Assembly: GCA_964491895.1 (NCBI GenBank)
Contig: CAZBHK010000004.1
Location: forward strand, 32,432 to 96,431
Source: an uncultured Pseudomonadota bacterium
Lineage (GTDB): Bacteria > Babelota > Babeliae > Babelales > UBA12411
Direction of reading: 5' to 3'
DNA: 64,000 nucleotides
Within the stretch, counting starts at the first letter, position 1. Each line of letters begins with the position of its first letter. Made by a program: the position numbers and the translations under genes. This document shows, piece after piece, positions 53,353-62,213 of this stretch. The notes beneath the pieces are model-generated. The model was not told where the DNA came from, did no database searches, and saw only the letters and a list, made by a program, of their open reading frames with translations.

Positions 53353-56172
53353 ATGAAGCGATTAAAAATATTTATATCAATGTATGTTATTATTTTTGGA
53401 AATTTATTTGCTGCTGTAGGTTCTACGGCGCAAACAGCTTTTGGTTTTGGGCCGGCGGTATTTCATTTATTTGGAGCTAATCCCAGTTTTTATTTAGGTG
53501 CTAATACACAAAATTTTATGGATGCAACTAATACGGGAACATTTGCATTAGTAGATTCGTATCCATTAAATGGTTCTATTATTTTTGAATCATATGCGGC
53601 ACCCACTGCTTATGTTAATTTTTATTCTACTCAACAGCTTACTCAAGCAGAAATAGAAAATTTAAAAGTTACTAACCCAGTTTATAATAATCGTATAGCC
53701 TTTCTTTCTGTTAGAAACGCAAAGCCAGTTATTGTATTAAGAGAGGATGCAACTTTAACATCAACTAATAAAATTTGTTTTGTAACTGATGCTGAACATC
53801 TTATTACTACTACAGAACGGTTATGGACAACAGATCTTTTATCTACGGCAAGTATAGGTGGTCTTGCTTCATCTGATTCTGAAATTTTTGCAGCACTATT
53901 GCCACCAACTGGCCGGCCATTTGGTGCAACAGGAACTAGTATTTCTGTAGTAATAACAAATACAACACGTAATGTTTTAGAGCCTGTTGATGCGACTACT
54001 GGTGAAGTTCCTGGTAATAAAGCAGTAAGGATAGGTTTTGATCCAGCTGTTGTGGCTGATAATAAAGTTGCTATTACAAATACTGCAATTTTGGGTGAAA
54101 CAATAGATATGTTTTATGATATAGGAAGACTATTTATTGCTTTAAAAGTTAAAGCTACTCCTGTTACAGGTGGTTGTGTATCATTGTTGGTTGGCAGGAT
54201 TGATAACTCAGATTCAACCAAGCCATATAAATTGGTTTTAGAACCAGTTGTTCCATTAACTATTAACTTTACTGCTAATAATAAAAATTATGTTATTGGT
54301 TATGATCAAGTGAATGATTTTGTTACATCTACTTCATTAGATAAAGTTCGCACTATGCAAACTATTACTGGAAATAGTTACCTGGTGGTTAATGGTGGTG
54401 TTACCTCTACTAGTGCTAAGAATAAGGTATATGCATTACCCATAGTTGCTACAAGTGATACTGTTGCTAATGTTGGTAAGCTTTCTAAGAAGAATGATTT
54501 TACTACGCCAGCTACTACAGCGGCAGATCTTATTGATTTAAGTATTCAATCTGATGCGGATAAGGCGACTGTTGGAGGAGGAGATCTTCCTTTTGATGTA
54601 CAAGATATTTTTGTAGAGCGTGATGCTGTTTTCGTTACTGGGATAGGTGATGGCTCTGAAAAATCTGGTATTTTTCAAAGTACAGCATTATTTAGTGATG
54701 ATGGTAAAATCAGAAAATGGTCTGAATGGCAGCGTGTCATGGGTAATGATGATCGAGTATTTACGGCAGGGTTTAACATTTATGCTGGAACACTTATGTA
54801 TCTTACTGACAATAGTTCTACTACAACGAATGTAATTAAATCAACATTATGGGGTAAGGGTAAAGATGATGGTTTATTAGGGGACCTGGTTACTTTAATA
54901 GCATCACATTTTCCAGATACTTTTGGTGGAGTTCAGGGATTGTTTGATTTTGCGCAAACAAGTTCTTCTTTGCATCCAGCAGGTGAAAGTGAATCACTTT
55001 CCTTTATGGTAGCAACTGGATATAAAAAAATTGCATTGATTGAAACTGGTGGTAAGAATGCTACAGCTGATTTTACTCCCAATAAAGGAGATTTTACAAG
55101 CAGTACTGTAGTAGATACAGATGGCGGTGCTCCTACGGTTGGTGCTGGTCAACGAGTATTGGTTATATCTGGTGGTGCCTTAGATGATTTAGGTCCTATC
55201 TCTAGTTGTGATATCTCAAGGACTGTACTTGCAGGTGTAACAAATAACGGCTGGTTATTTGTCTCTGGTAAGAATGGCGTTGCTGTATTAAGTGAAAGCA
55301 ATGGAGATGGTTGGGATACATCTCAAAATGTAGGCTTACAAAGAGGATTTATTGGCATTACAAATACAATGACATTTAAAAAGCTTGGAACTATATCTGA
55401 TGTTCGTAAAATAGTAAGCGATGGCACTTATTTGTATGTATTAACATCATCAACGTTGTATCGTATAACTCTAGCTGCTGCAAATTTTTCAACAGCTGGT
55501 TCTTTGGCATTACCTGGTCTTGCAATTATTACTACAGCAGCTGAGGTTACTGGCGATACGAGGGGTGTTTTCTATGATTTTATTGTTTCTTCAAAATTAG
55601 GTTTTTTAGCAACAAGCTCTGGATTATTTAGAGTAGCTAATGGTGGTAATATAGCAGGAGCTCTTCCTGTTGGTTTTACTGATGTTACTGTATCGGATGG
55701 AATAAGAAATTATTCTCTTGGACCTATTGTTCAGTTAGATTTACTTTCACCAAGAAGAGGTGGCTTTGAAATAGGCGGTAATCTTTATGTAATGGCTGCA
55801 AATTTACCTGTTAATCTTTCTACGGTATATAGGTTTAATGTTGCTGATACTAGTGTTGCTGCTATAGGTGATAGTACGGTTAAAAAAATTACGGAGTCTC
55901 AAGGAAATATGCATTATTTTGCATTAGGAACATTTAGAACCTTTGTTAAAACTGATGGAGTTGTAATCTTTACACAGAATTCTAAATATTTTGGAGATGC
56001 AGATTTTATAAGAATGTCTATGCTCTTACCAAATTTAACAGCTTCTGGAATGAGAGGGTCTGCTATTGCTTTGGATATAGCAGGCTCTTATAACACTGCA
56101 TTTATAGCACGTAATTCTGGTAGTGGAGCATGGATGGTGCCTGGAGATTGGGGAATACGAGTCAATGAATAA
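53353..56172 (+). CDS. large secreted Thr/Ser/Gly/Ala/Val-rich protein of unknown family (beta-rich surface protein candidate)
   Basis: SD 'gaggg' lies 6 nt before the ATG. Signal peptide 'MKRLKIFISMYVIIFGNLFAAVGS'. 939 aa with no internal stops and no motif I recognise. Recurrent strand-turn-strand segments. Confidence 0.6.
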   Translation: MKRLKIFISMYVIIFGNLFAAVGSTAQTAFGFGPAVFHLFGANPSFYLGANTQNFMDATNTGTFALVDSYPLNGSIIFESYAAPTAYVNFYSTQQLTQAEIENLKVTNPVYNNRIAFLSVRNAKPVIVLREDATLTSTNKICFVTDAEHLITTTERLWTTDLLSTASIGGLASSDSEIFAALLPPTGRPFGATGTSISVVITNTTRNVLEPVDATTGEVPGNKAVRIGFDPAVVADNKVAITNTAILGETIDMFYDIGRLFIALKVKATPVTGGCVSLLVGRIDNSDSTKPYKLVLEPVVPLTINFTANNKNYVIGYDQVNDFVTSTSLDKVRTMQTITGNSYLVVNGGVTSTSAKNKVYALPIVATSDTVANVGKLSKKNDFTTPATTAADLIDLSIQSDADKATVGGGDLPFDVQDIFVERDAVFVTGIGDGSEKSGIFQSTALFSDDGKIRKWSEWQRVMGNDDRVFTAGFNIYAGTLMYLTDNSSTTTNVIKSTLWGKGKDDGLLGDLVTLIASHFPDTFGGVQGLFDFAQTSSSLHPAGESESLSFMVATGYKKIALIETGGKNATADFTPNKGDFTSSTVVDTDGGAPTVGAGQRVLVISGGALDDLGPISSCDISRTVLAGVTNNGWLFVSGKNGVAVLSESNGDGWDTSQNVGLQRGFIGITNTMTFKKLGTISDVRKIVSDGTYLYVLTSSTLYRITLAAANFSTAGSLALPGLAIITTAAEVTGDTRGVFYDFIVSSKLGFLATSSGLFRVANGGNIAGALPVGFTDVTVSDGIRNYSLGPIVQLDLLSPRRGGFEIGGNLYVMAANLPVNLSTVYRFNVADTSVAAIGDSTVKKITESQGNMHYFALGTFRTFVKTDGVVIFTQNSKYFGDADFIRMSMLLPNLTASGMRGSAIALDIAGSYNTAFIARNSGSGAWMVPGDWGIRVNE

Positions 56173-57436
56173 AAAAGTTTTATATATTTTAATTTTATTA
56201 CAATCAGCTTTTGTATATGGATATGCTCCAATGAATTTGTATCGGCCTTATGATATAAATTGGCGTATGGAAGATAGATATTTGGGAAAAAAGTTTAAAT
56301 ATAAAATGGGAACTAATATTGAATATGGATCAACTGATGATTCTCGTAATTGGGATAGTGAAAAGGTTAATTTACTAGATATGTATCAAGATAGTCAGTC
56401 TAGTATAGCAATGCTTCTTAATCCTGTTATTGGTTCTGACATTGAAAAGTTAGCACAAGATATTTCACCTGCTACTGATGATGGCATTAGAGGTCATTTT
56501 AAATTAGAGGGAGCTAGATATAAGGAGTTTTCTGCTACAGTGTATTTACAACGATTATATGAGTTTGAATCGATTACTGGAAAATTTTATTTAACTGGGT
56601 ATTTACCTCTTAGGGATATGCGAATTAGTAATGTTTGCTGGGTAGATCAAACAAAGAATGTTACTAATGCGGATTTGAGTGTTAAAGACAAGCTAACGGA
56701 TGATATTTTTGGTATAGCTTCACGCTTAGGTAATTTAGATTTAGGAAATTGGTCTGAAGCTGGAGTCTCAGATCTTGTTTTTACAGTTGCTTGGGCTAAT
56801 GATTTTCCTCAGGAGGCTAAGCGTAATCTTGATAATGTTAGGTTAACAGGTAAAGTTGGTATTACATTACCAACTGGCTCAAAAAAAAATGAAGATAAAG
56901 TATTTAGTTTACCATTAGGTAATGACGGAGCATTTGGTATCCCATGTAGTGGTGCTATGGATTTATATTTTAAAAAAGGAATTAAGTTTGGTATTGAGTT
57001 AGAGTTTTTGACATTGTTGGATAATACAAAAGTTAGACGTGTAAAAACAGATAATAATCAAACTGATTTCTTGTTACTTAATAAGGCAAATGTAAGAAAA
57101 TCTTTCAGCCCTACATGGAAGTTTAACTTATATTTGCAGGCACGACACTTTTATAAGGGATTTTCAATAATGAGTGTCTTTCAAAATGCTAAGCACGGTA
57201 ATGATAAGCTTTTTTCCAAAAATAATGCATTTGATACTCAAATTATTAATAGTATGCAATCTTTAAAAGATTGGTCCTATCACAATTTGATACTGCAGCT
57301 TAATTATGACTTTTTAAAAGATTCTAAAGATAGCGTAATTAAGCCACAGCTTTCACTTTTTTATAAGCTTGCATTTGCAGGGAGACGTACTATACAAGTG
57401 GATACCTTTGGTGGTCAACTAGCCTTTAATTTTTAA
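56165..57436 (+). CDS. outer-membrane beta-barrel protein candidate
   Basis: The ATG at 56165 overlaps the upstream TAA (ATGAATAA). Signal peptide 'MNKKVLYILILLQSAFVYG'. Alternating amphipathic strands, and a C-terminus '...TFGGQLAFNF' ending in Phe (BAM beta-signal pattern). Confidence 0.55.
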   Translation: MNKKVLYILILLQSAFVYGYAPMNLYRPYDINWRMEDRYLGKKFKYKMGTNIEYGSTDDSRNWDSEKVNLLDMYQDSQSSIAMLLNPVIGSDIEKLAQDISPATDDGIRGHFKLEGARYKEFSATVYLQRLYEFESITGKFYLTGYLPLRDMRISNVCWVDQTKNVTNADLSVKDKLTDDIFGIASRLGNLDLGNWSEAGVSDLVFTVAWANDFPQEAKRNLDNVRLTGKVGITLPTGSKKNEDKVFSLPLGNDGAFGIPCSGAMDLYFKKGIKFGIELEFLTLLDNTKVRRVKTDNNQTDFLLLNKANVRKSFSPTWKFNLYLQARHFYKGFSIMSVFQNAKHGNDKLFSKNNAFDTQIINSMQSLKDWSYHNLILQLNYDFLKDSKDSVIKPQLSLFYKLAFAGRRTIQVDTFGGQLAFNF

Positions 57437-57782
57437 TTAAATGACCACAGATTTTTTTACTGTTTTTTGGAGAAATGGGTTTACCTGTAGTGATGTCTAT
57501 TGTTCCAACAAACTGCGTATCTTTTAACCATTTACCGTTTTGGACGTTAATTCTTGTTTTATCATATTCGATGTAAGGTATTCTTCCTGTTTTACTGAAT
57601 ACTGGATGGCTTTTACAGTTCCTAAAGACAATAAGGTTTTCTAATTTGCTTGTTTTGCCTAGCATATCCTCATTGTATATTGTTATTTTACGTGTTTTTT
57701 CTGTTGGATTTGCAAAGCTGATAGTTGTTGCATTAATTGATCCTATTCCCAACATTATTATTGTTAATAATATTTTTTTCAT
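57426..57782 (-). CDS. small secreted hypothetical protein
   Basis: Signal peptide 'MKKILLTIIMLGIGSINA', with SD 'aaggggg' upstream. The 3' end overlaps the convergent barrel gene by 11 nt. Confidence 0.5.
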   Translation of the reverse strand: MKKILLTIIMLGIGSINATTISFANPTEKTRKITIYNEDMLGKTSKLENLIVFRNCKSHPVFSKTGRIPYIEYDKTRINVQNGKWLKDTQFVGTIDITTGKPISPKNSKKICGHLIKN

Positions 57783-57800
57783 AATTCCCCCTTAATAAAA

Positions 57801-58802
57801 CTATTGTGTTATTTCATCAGAAATAATACCGCCTTGGTAAAAAGCAATGGCTTTTATTTTTGCCTTTGTTAAGGCTTCGATTAAGACTTCCTTCTTAGTT
57901 GTTATAAAGTCATCTTGTTCTTCTTCTAGAAATTTGACACTGCCATTGTTAAGAGCTTCTTCTATCTCATCATAAAAATTTAATGGTAAAAATGATCCTC
58001 TTAAATCTAAGAAGAAGCAGAATCTATGTACTAATATCCAAATAATACTATCTACATCATCTTCATCATCAAGAATGCCTGTATTTAATAGGTTTGTTGT
58101 TCCATTAGCTATAGCAGAGATTGAAAGCCATAGATTTTCAGGATGTCGTATATCCCATATTGTTTTACTAATCATGGTTTCAAAAAAGCGTATTATCATA
58201 CTTCTAAGCTTATTTGTTCTGTCTATTTGTTCTACTAATGACTTATGTTTTTCTACAATTTGTTTAGCCAATTGTTCTGACACAGTGGTAACACATCTTG
58301 TTGGATCTGCTGCAAATTGTTCAAAGTGTTCTAAAAGCTTTAATTGTAATTGATATTCTATAAAAGTTTTTGTTTCTTCAAGAGAAGGAAGTAGATCTTT
58401 TTTAAAATATTGGTCAATAAGTGATGGTGTTTTAGATATGATTTGAGAGATTATTACATCATCAATTAATGAACAATTGTTCATTTTATCTTTAAAAAGC
58501 TTGAATATTGTATAGGTTTTAAAAATTTTTTCATCTCCAAGATCATAATCTTTAATGGTTTCTAATAATGTTAAAAAATCGGTTCCATTTTGAGAAATAT
58601 ACTCGGAATAGTTAGGATGATTATATTGTTCTTGAATATAAGATTCAAAAGCATTATTAAAGTTAATCAAATCTGATGGCTGAGTTGTAGTAGGGTGCAT
58701 TGTTTCTTGTATTATTTGAGCACTTAGTTCTGATGGTGTTTCAGTGTAGAAATAATTAGAAATTAATATGCTAAATAATAAAGCTTTATTTTTTATTTTC
58801 AT
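57801..58802 (-). CDS. secreted all-alpha hypothetical protein
   Basis: The ATG at 58802 ('MKIKNKALLFSILISNYFY', SD 'aaggga') is preferred. The track start at 58874 would leave only 13 nt to the divergent gspF. Confidence 0.5.
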   Translation of the reverse strand: MKIKNKALLFSILISNYFYTETPSELSAQIIQETMHPTTTQPSDLINFNNAFESYIQEQYNHPNYSEYISQNGTDFLTLLETIKDYDLGDEKIFKTYTIFKLFKDKMNNCSLIDDVIISQIISKTPSLIDQYFKKDLLPSLEETKTFIEYQLQLKLLEHFEQFAADPTRCVTTVSEQLAKQIVEKHKSLVEQIDRTNKLRSMIIRFFETMISKTIWDIRHPENLWLSISAIANGTTNLLNTGILDDEDDVDSIIWILVHRFCFFLDLRGSFLPLNFYDEIEEALNNGSVKFLEEEQDDFITTKKEVLIEALTKAKIKAIAFYQGGIISDEITQ

Positions 58803-58887
58803 AGAATGTCCCTTTTTTGTTACATTGCTTTTAAGATTACTGATAAAATAACATTTTATTGGAAAAAATTTCAAGGAGTTTTCTAAA

Positions 58888-60111
58888 ATGCCCCTTTATA
58901 AGTATGAAGCATTCGATCGTAAAGGCAAAAAAGTGTCAGGGACACTCGAAGCTGTGTCTGTTCAATCTGCAAGAGAGCGTGTACGGGCAAAAGAGCTTAT
59001 GCCAATAAGTGTAATTTCTATTGAATCTCAGGTTGGTAGCTTTTCTATTGCGTCTATATTTGAAAAATCTGTAGATAGTAAGAGTAAAATTTTATTTACT
59101 AAGCAGTTAGCAGTACTTTTGAAGTCAGGCATTCCTCTTTTACAAGCTGTAGAGTTATTGATTAATCAATTTGAGGGAAAATTTCGTAGAAACTTGATCA
59201 ATATTAAGGATGGTTTGAAAGAAGGTAAGTCTTTAACAGAGTGTTTAAGTCTTTATCCTAAAGTTTTTTCTAAAGTTTATGTACAGCTTGTTAAGGCTGG
59301 TGAAGCTACTGGAAAGTTAGAAAATATTTTGGAGCGATTGGTTGAATATTTAGAAAAAGCTGAAGAAACAAGGAAAAAAATAAAAAGTGCAATGAGTTAT
59401 CCTTTATTTATGATAGCTTTTTCATTTATAGTTATAGCTGTTATGGTTGTTTATGTTATTCCTAATGTTACACAGGCGGTAGTACAACCAGGCAAGTCCT
59501 TGCCTTGGCCAACAGAATTTCTTATGACTGTTTCAAACTTTTTTATAAGTAATTTTTATATTTTATTTGGAAGTATAATTACTTTTATCATAGGTTTTTT
59601 ATATTGGAAAAGTACAGCAAGGGGGCGTTATTTATTTGATAAAACAAATTTACGGATACCTATTATTTCTTATTTTTCTAAAACAAAAGCTGTTGTCCAG
59701 TTTTGTAAAACATTAGGTCTCTTATTAGATAGCGGTGTTAATTTAGCAGAAGCCCTCGATATTGTAACAAATATAATAGACAATACTGTGTTAACAAGAA
59801 GCTTGAAATCAGCACGAGACAAAATTATAAAAGAAGGTAAAATAACACATTATCTTGAAGAAACAGGAATTTTTCCAGCAATTGCTAGTTATATGATAGG
59901 TACTGGAGAAAAATCGGGTGAACTTGCTAGTATGTTACTTAATGTTGGTAAAGATTATGATATTCAACTTGGTGAAAAGACGGATGGTCTTGTTGCAAAA
60001 ATTAATCCTGTACTTATGGGAGTTGTAGGTGGTATCATTTTTTTTATAATGATAGCAATGTTTTTACCTATGTTTGATATCATGGATGCAATGGAAGGTT
60101 TTGGAACATAA
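58888..60111 (+). CDS. gspF: type II secretion system inner-membrane platform protein GspF (PilC family)
   Basis: 'MPLYKYEAFDRKGKKVSGTLEA', two T2SSF repeats ('FTKQLAVLLKSGIPLLQAVE', 'FCKTLGLLLDSGVNLAEALD'), three TM segments. Confidence 0.85.
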   Translation: MPLYKYEAFDRKGKKVSGTLEAVSVQSARERVRAKELMPISVISIESQVGSFSIASIFEKSVDSKSKILFTKQLAVLLKSGIPLLQAVELLINQFEGKFRRNLINIKDGLKEGKSLTECLSLYPKVFSKVYVQLVKAGEATGKLENILERLVEYLEKAEETRKKIKSAMSYPLFMIAFSFIVIAVMVVYVIPNVTQAVVQPGKSLPWPTEFLMTVSNFFISNFYILFGSIITFIIGFLYWKSTARGRYLFDKTNLRIPIISYFSKTKAVVQFCKTLGLLLDSGVNLAEALDIVTNIIDNTVLTRSLKSARDKIIKEGKITHYLEETGIFPAIASYMIGTGEKSGELASMLLNVGKDYDIQLGEKTDGLVAKINPVLMGVVGGIIFFIMIAMFLPMFDIMDAMEGFGT

Positions 60112-60125
60112 AAAGAGGATTTATT

Positions 60126-60512
60126 ATGATTATTAGAAAAAAAGCGTTTACAATGATTGAGTTAATGGGTGTTCTTTTAATAATAGGAACACTAGTAGCT
60201 ATTGTTGCTGTAAGAGTACGTAGAGGTCAGGCTCAGGCAAAAGTTACAGAAACGAAGGCCAAGATTGAAAGTATTAAAACAGCAGTAGCTTTTTATAAAC
60301 AAGATAAAGGTAAGTACCCAACAACAGGTGAAGGATTGAGAGCGCTTGTTGGTACAGGTATAGAAGAAAGCCAACTTATTGATGGCTGGGGAAGTGATTT
60401 TGAATATAATGCTCCACCAGTTAAACATAAAGATAAATTCAAGAATTTTGAAATTATCTCTTATGGTCCAGATAAAGAAGAAAGTGTAGACGATATATTT
60501 GACGGAGAATAA
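60126..60512 (+). CDS. gspG: T2SS major pseudopilin GspG
   Basis: Prepilin N-terminus 'KKAFTMIELMGVLLIIG', 'AKVTETKAKIESIKTA...YK.D.GKYPT...GL.AL', 'DGWGSDFEY', 'FEIISYGPDKEE'. Confidence 0.85.
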   Translation: MIIRKKAFTMIELMGVLLIIGTLVAIVAVRVRRGQAQAKVTETKAKIESIKTAVAFYKQDKGKYPTTGEGLRALVGTGIEESQLIDGWGSDFEYNAPPVKHKDKFKNFEIISYGPDKEESVDDIFDGE

Positions 60513-61037
60513 GTGAATGCTCATAGGGCATATACTATTATCGAGCTTTTAGCAGTACTAATCATTGCAGCGGTTATAGCACCAATATTTATAAGGTTTT
60601 TTAAGTCTAGAACAGATACTTGGTTAAATATCACTTCGGAGTTTAATGATTTTATTGCTTTAGCTAAGCAGGATGCACTTATAGCACGCAAGGTACATAA
60701 GATAATTTTTTCTAAGAATCAGTATGGTAGAGATAGTCTTATACTTTGGCGTGAAGAAAATGATCCTGATCATGAGGGTAAGAAGAAGTATGAGGAAGTT
60801 AGATCGCTATATTTAAAACTTCCTCATCAACTCTCAGAATCTGTTAAAATTCAAGATATTTATGTTAATGGTAAAAAATCTGAAGATTTATCAGTATATA
60901 TTAACACTGATGGTTTAGTTCAAGATACTCTTGTTCATGTAGTGCGTAAACGTAAAGATGTAGAAGATAAGGGAACATTTATATTAAATCCTTTTATAGG
61001 CACGTTTCACTTTACTGCGGGTTTTGTAACATCATGA
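60513..61037 (+). CDS. gspH: minor pseudopilin, GspH-like
   Basis: GTG start with SD 'ggag'. 'RAYTIIELLAVLIIAAV' prepilin-type N-terminus. Assigned by operon position after gspG. Confidence 0.5.
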   Translation: MNAHRAYTIIELLAVLIIAAVIAPIFIRFFKSRTDTWLNITSEFNDFIALAKQDALIARKVHKIIFSKNQYGRDSLILWREENDPDHEGKKKYEEVRSLYLKLPHQLSESVKIQDIYVNGKKSEDLSVYINTDGLVQDTLVHVVRKRKDVEDKGTFILNPFIGTFHFTAGFVTS

Positions 61038-61423
61038 ATAAAAAAGCTTTTTCATTAATGGAAGCTCTTGTTGCAATAATTCTTATTGGAATATGTATAT
61101 CTATTTTTTCACGCGTACAAATTATGTCTATTGTTCGTTTTGGTAAATTTAGAGAAGAAATAGATAGGGTGTTTTTAATAAAAAAGAGACTTATTAAACA
61201 TTCATTTGATTTGAGTAAGAAAAATAGACCTATACATAAAGATTATACTAAGCCTTATGTAAAGATAACCTCAGAAATAAAGGCTATTTCAAATAAGTCA
61301 TCACTCAAGTGGTTTTCAAAAAATGTTAATATTGTAGAGGCTACAGGACGATGGAATGATAGAGATATGACATTAATAACATTTGTTGTTGCTCCTGTGG
61401 AGACACAAGATGAAAAGAAATAA
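61034..61423 (+). CDS. gspI: minor pseudopilin, GspI-like
   Basis: ATGA overlap with the upstream gene. 'KKAFSLMEALVAIILIG'. About 129 aa, as is typical of GspI. Confidence 0.5.
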   Translation: MNKKAFSLMEALVAIILIGICISIFSRVQIMSIVRFGKFREEIDRVFLIKKRLIKHSFDLSKKNRPIHKDYTKPYVKITSEIKAISNKSSLKWFSKNVNIVEATGRWNDRDMTLITFVVAPVETQDEKK

Positions 61424-62213
61424 AGGTTTTACATTACTAGAGCTTTTGATAGCTCTAGTAATCTCGAGTTTTATTATAATAGCAGTTACAAGGCTTTTGA
61501 ATCAGTCTACTTTGATCATTAATAGGGGCCGAGACTTTAGTATTGTAGATAGAACTGTAGGTATTCTTTTTAATCAGATGGATAAAGATATAAGTTCTGT
61601 ATATATGCCTTATATTTATCGAGATAAAGGAAAAAAGACGGATAAAGAGTTTGACGAACATTATAAACTTTTAGATGATTTTTTTGTAGGTAAGTTTCGT
61701 GAGGATGCATCAGCAAAAATAGCAGGCAAAAAGCGTGAGCTTTTTCAGTCTCTTAACTTTATTACTACTAATCCTATTCAAGTATACGGACAAACTAAAA
61801 AACGTTTTGCTAGGGTCAAATATGAGCTTATTCTTAATAAAGAAAAGACTAAGGCAGAACAAAATAGCTATGACCTTTATAGATATGAGACTTCAGAGCT
61901 AGAGAATGTGAAGTTCAAGGAATCTGAGGAAGGTATTAAAAAGAGTCCTAAAATATTTAAGCACCTAGTAGCTAACAATATTAAGGGTTTGTATGTTGAA
62001 TACGGTAAGGAGATATCTCAGGATAATCCAGTTAAAGAGAAGAAAAAATATTTTTATATATGGGATAAGAAAGAGTTGCCTAAAGCAATTAAAATACATT
62101 TAATTTTGTGGAATAGTAAGATGACTATGGAGTTTTTATTTGATGCTCTTATTCCAATCTATTCTTTACAAGATAAACCAGAAAAGAAAGCTCAAAATGT
62201 ACAAAAAAAATAA
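61410..62213 (+). CDS. gspJ: minor pseudopilin, GspJ-like
   Basis: 'MKRNKGFTLLELLIALVISSFII', with SD 'ggag' 7 nt upstream of the ATG at 61410. Confidence 0.5.
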   Translation: MKRNKGFTLLELLIALVISSFIIIAVTRLLNQSTLIINRGRDFSIVDRTVGILFNQMDKDISSVYMPYIYRDKGKKTDKEFDEHYKLLDDFFVGKFREDASAKIAGKKRELFQSLNFITTNPIQVYGQTKKRFARVKYELILNKEKTKAEQNSYDLYRYETSELENVKFKESEEGIKKSPKIFKHLVANNIKGLYVEYGKEISQDNPVKEKKKYFYIWDKKELPKAIKIHLILWNSKMTMEFLFDALIPIYSLQDKPEKKAQNVQKK

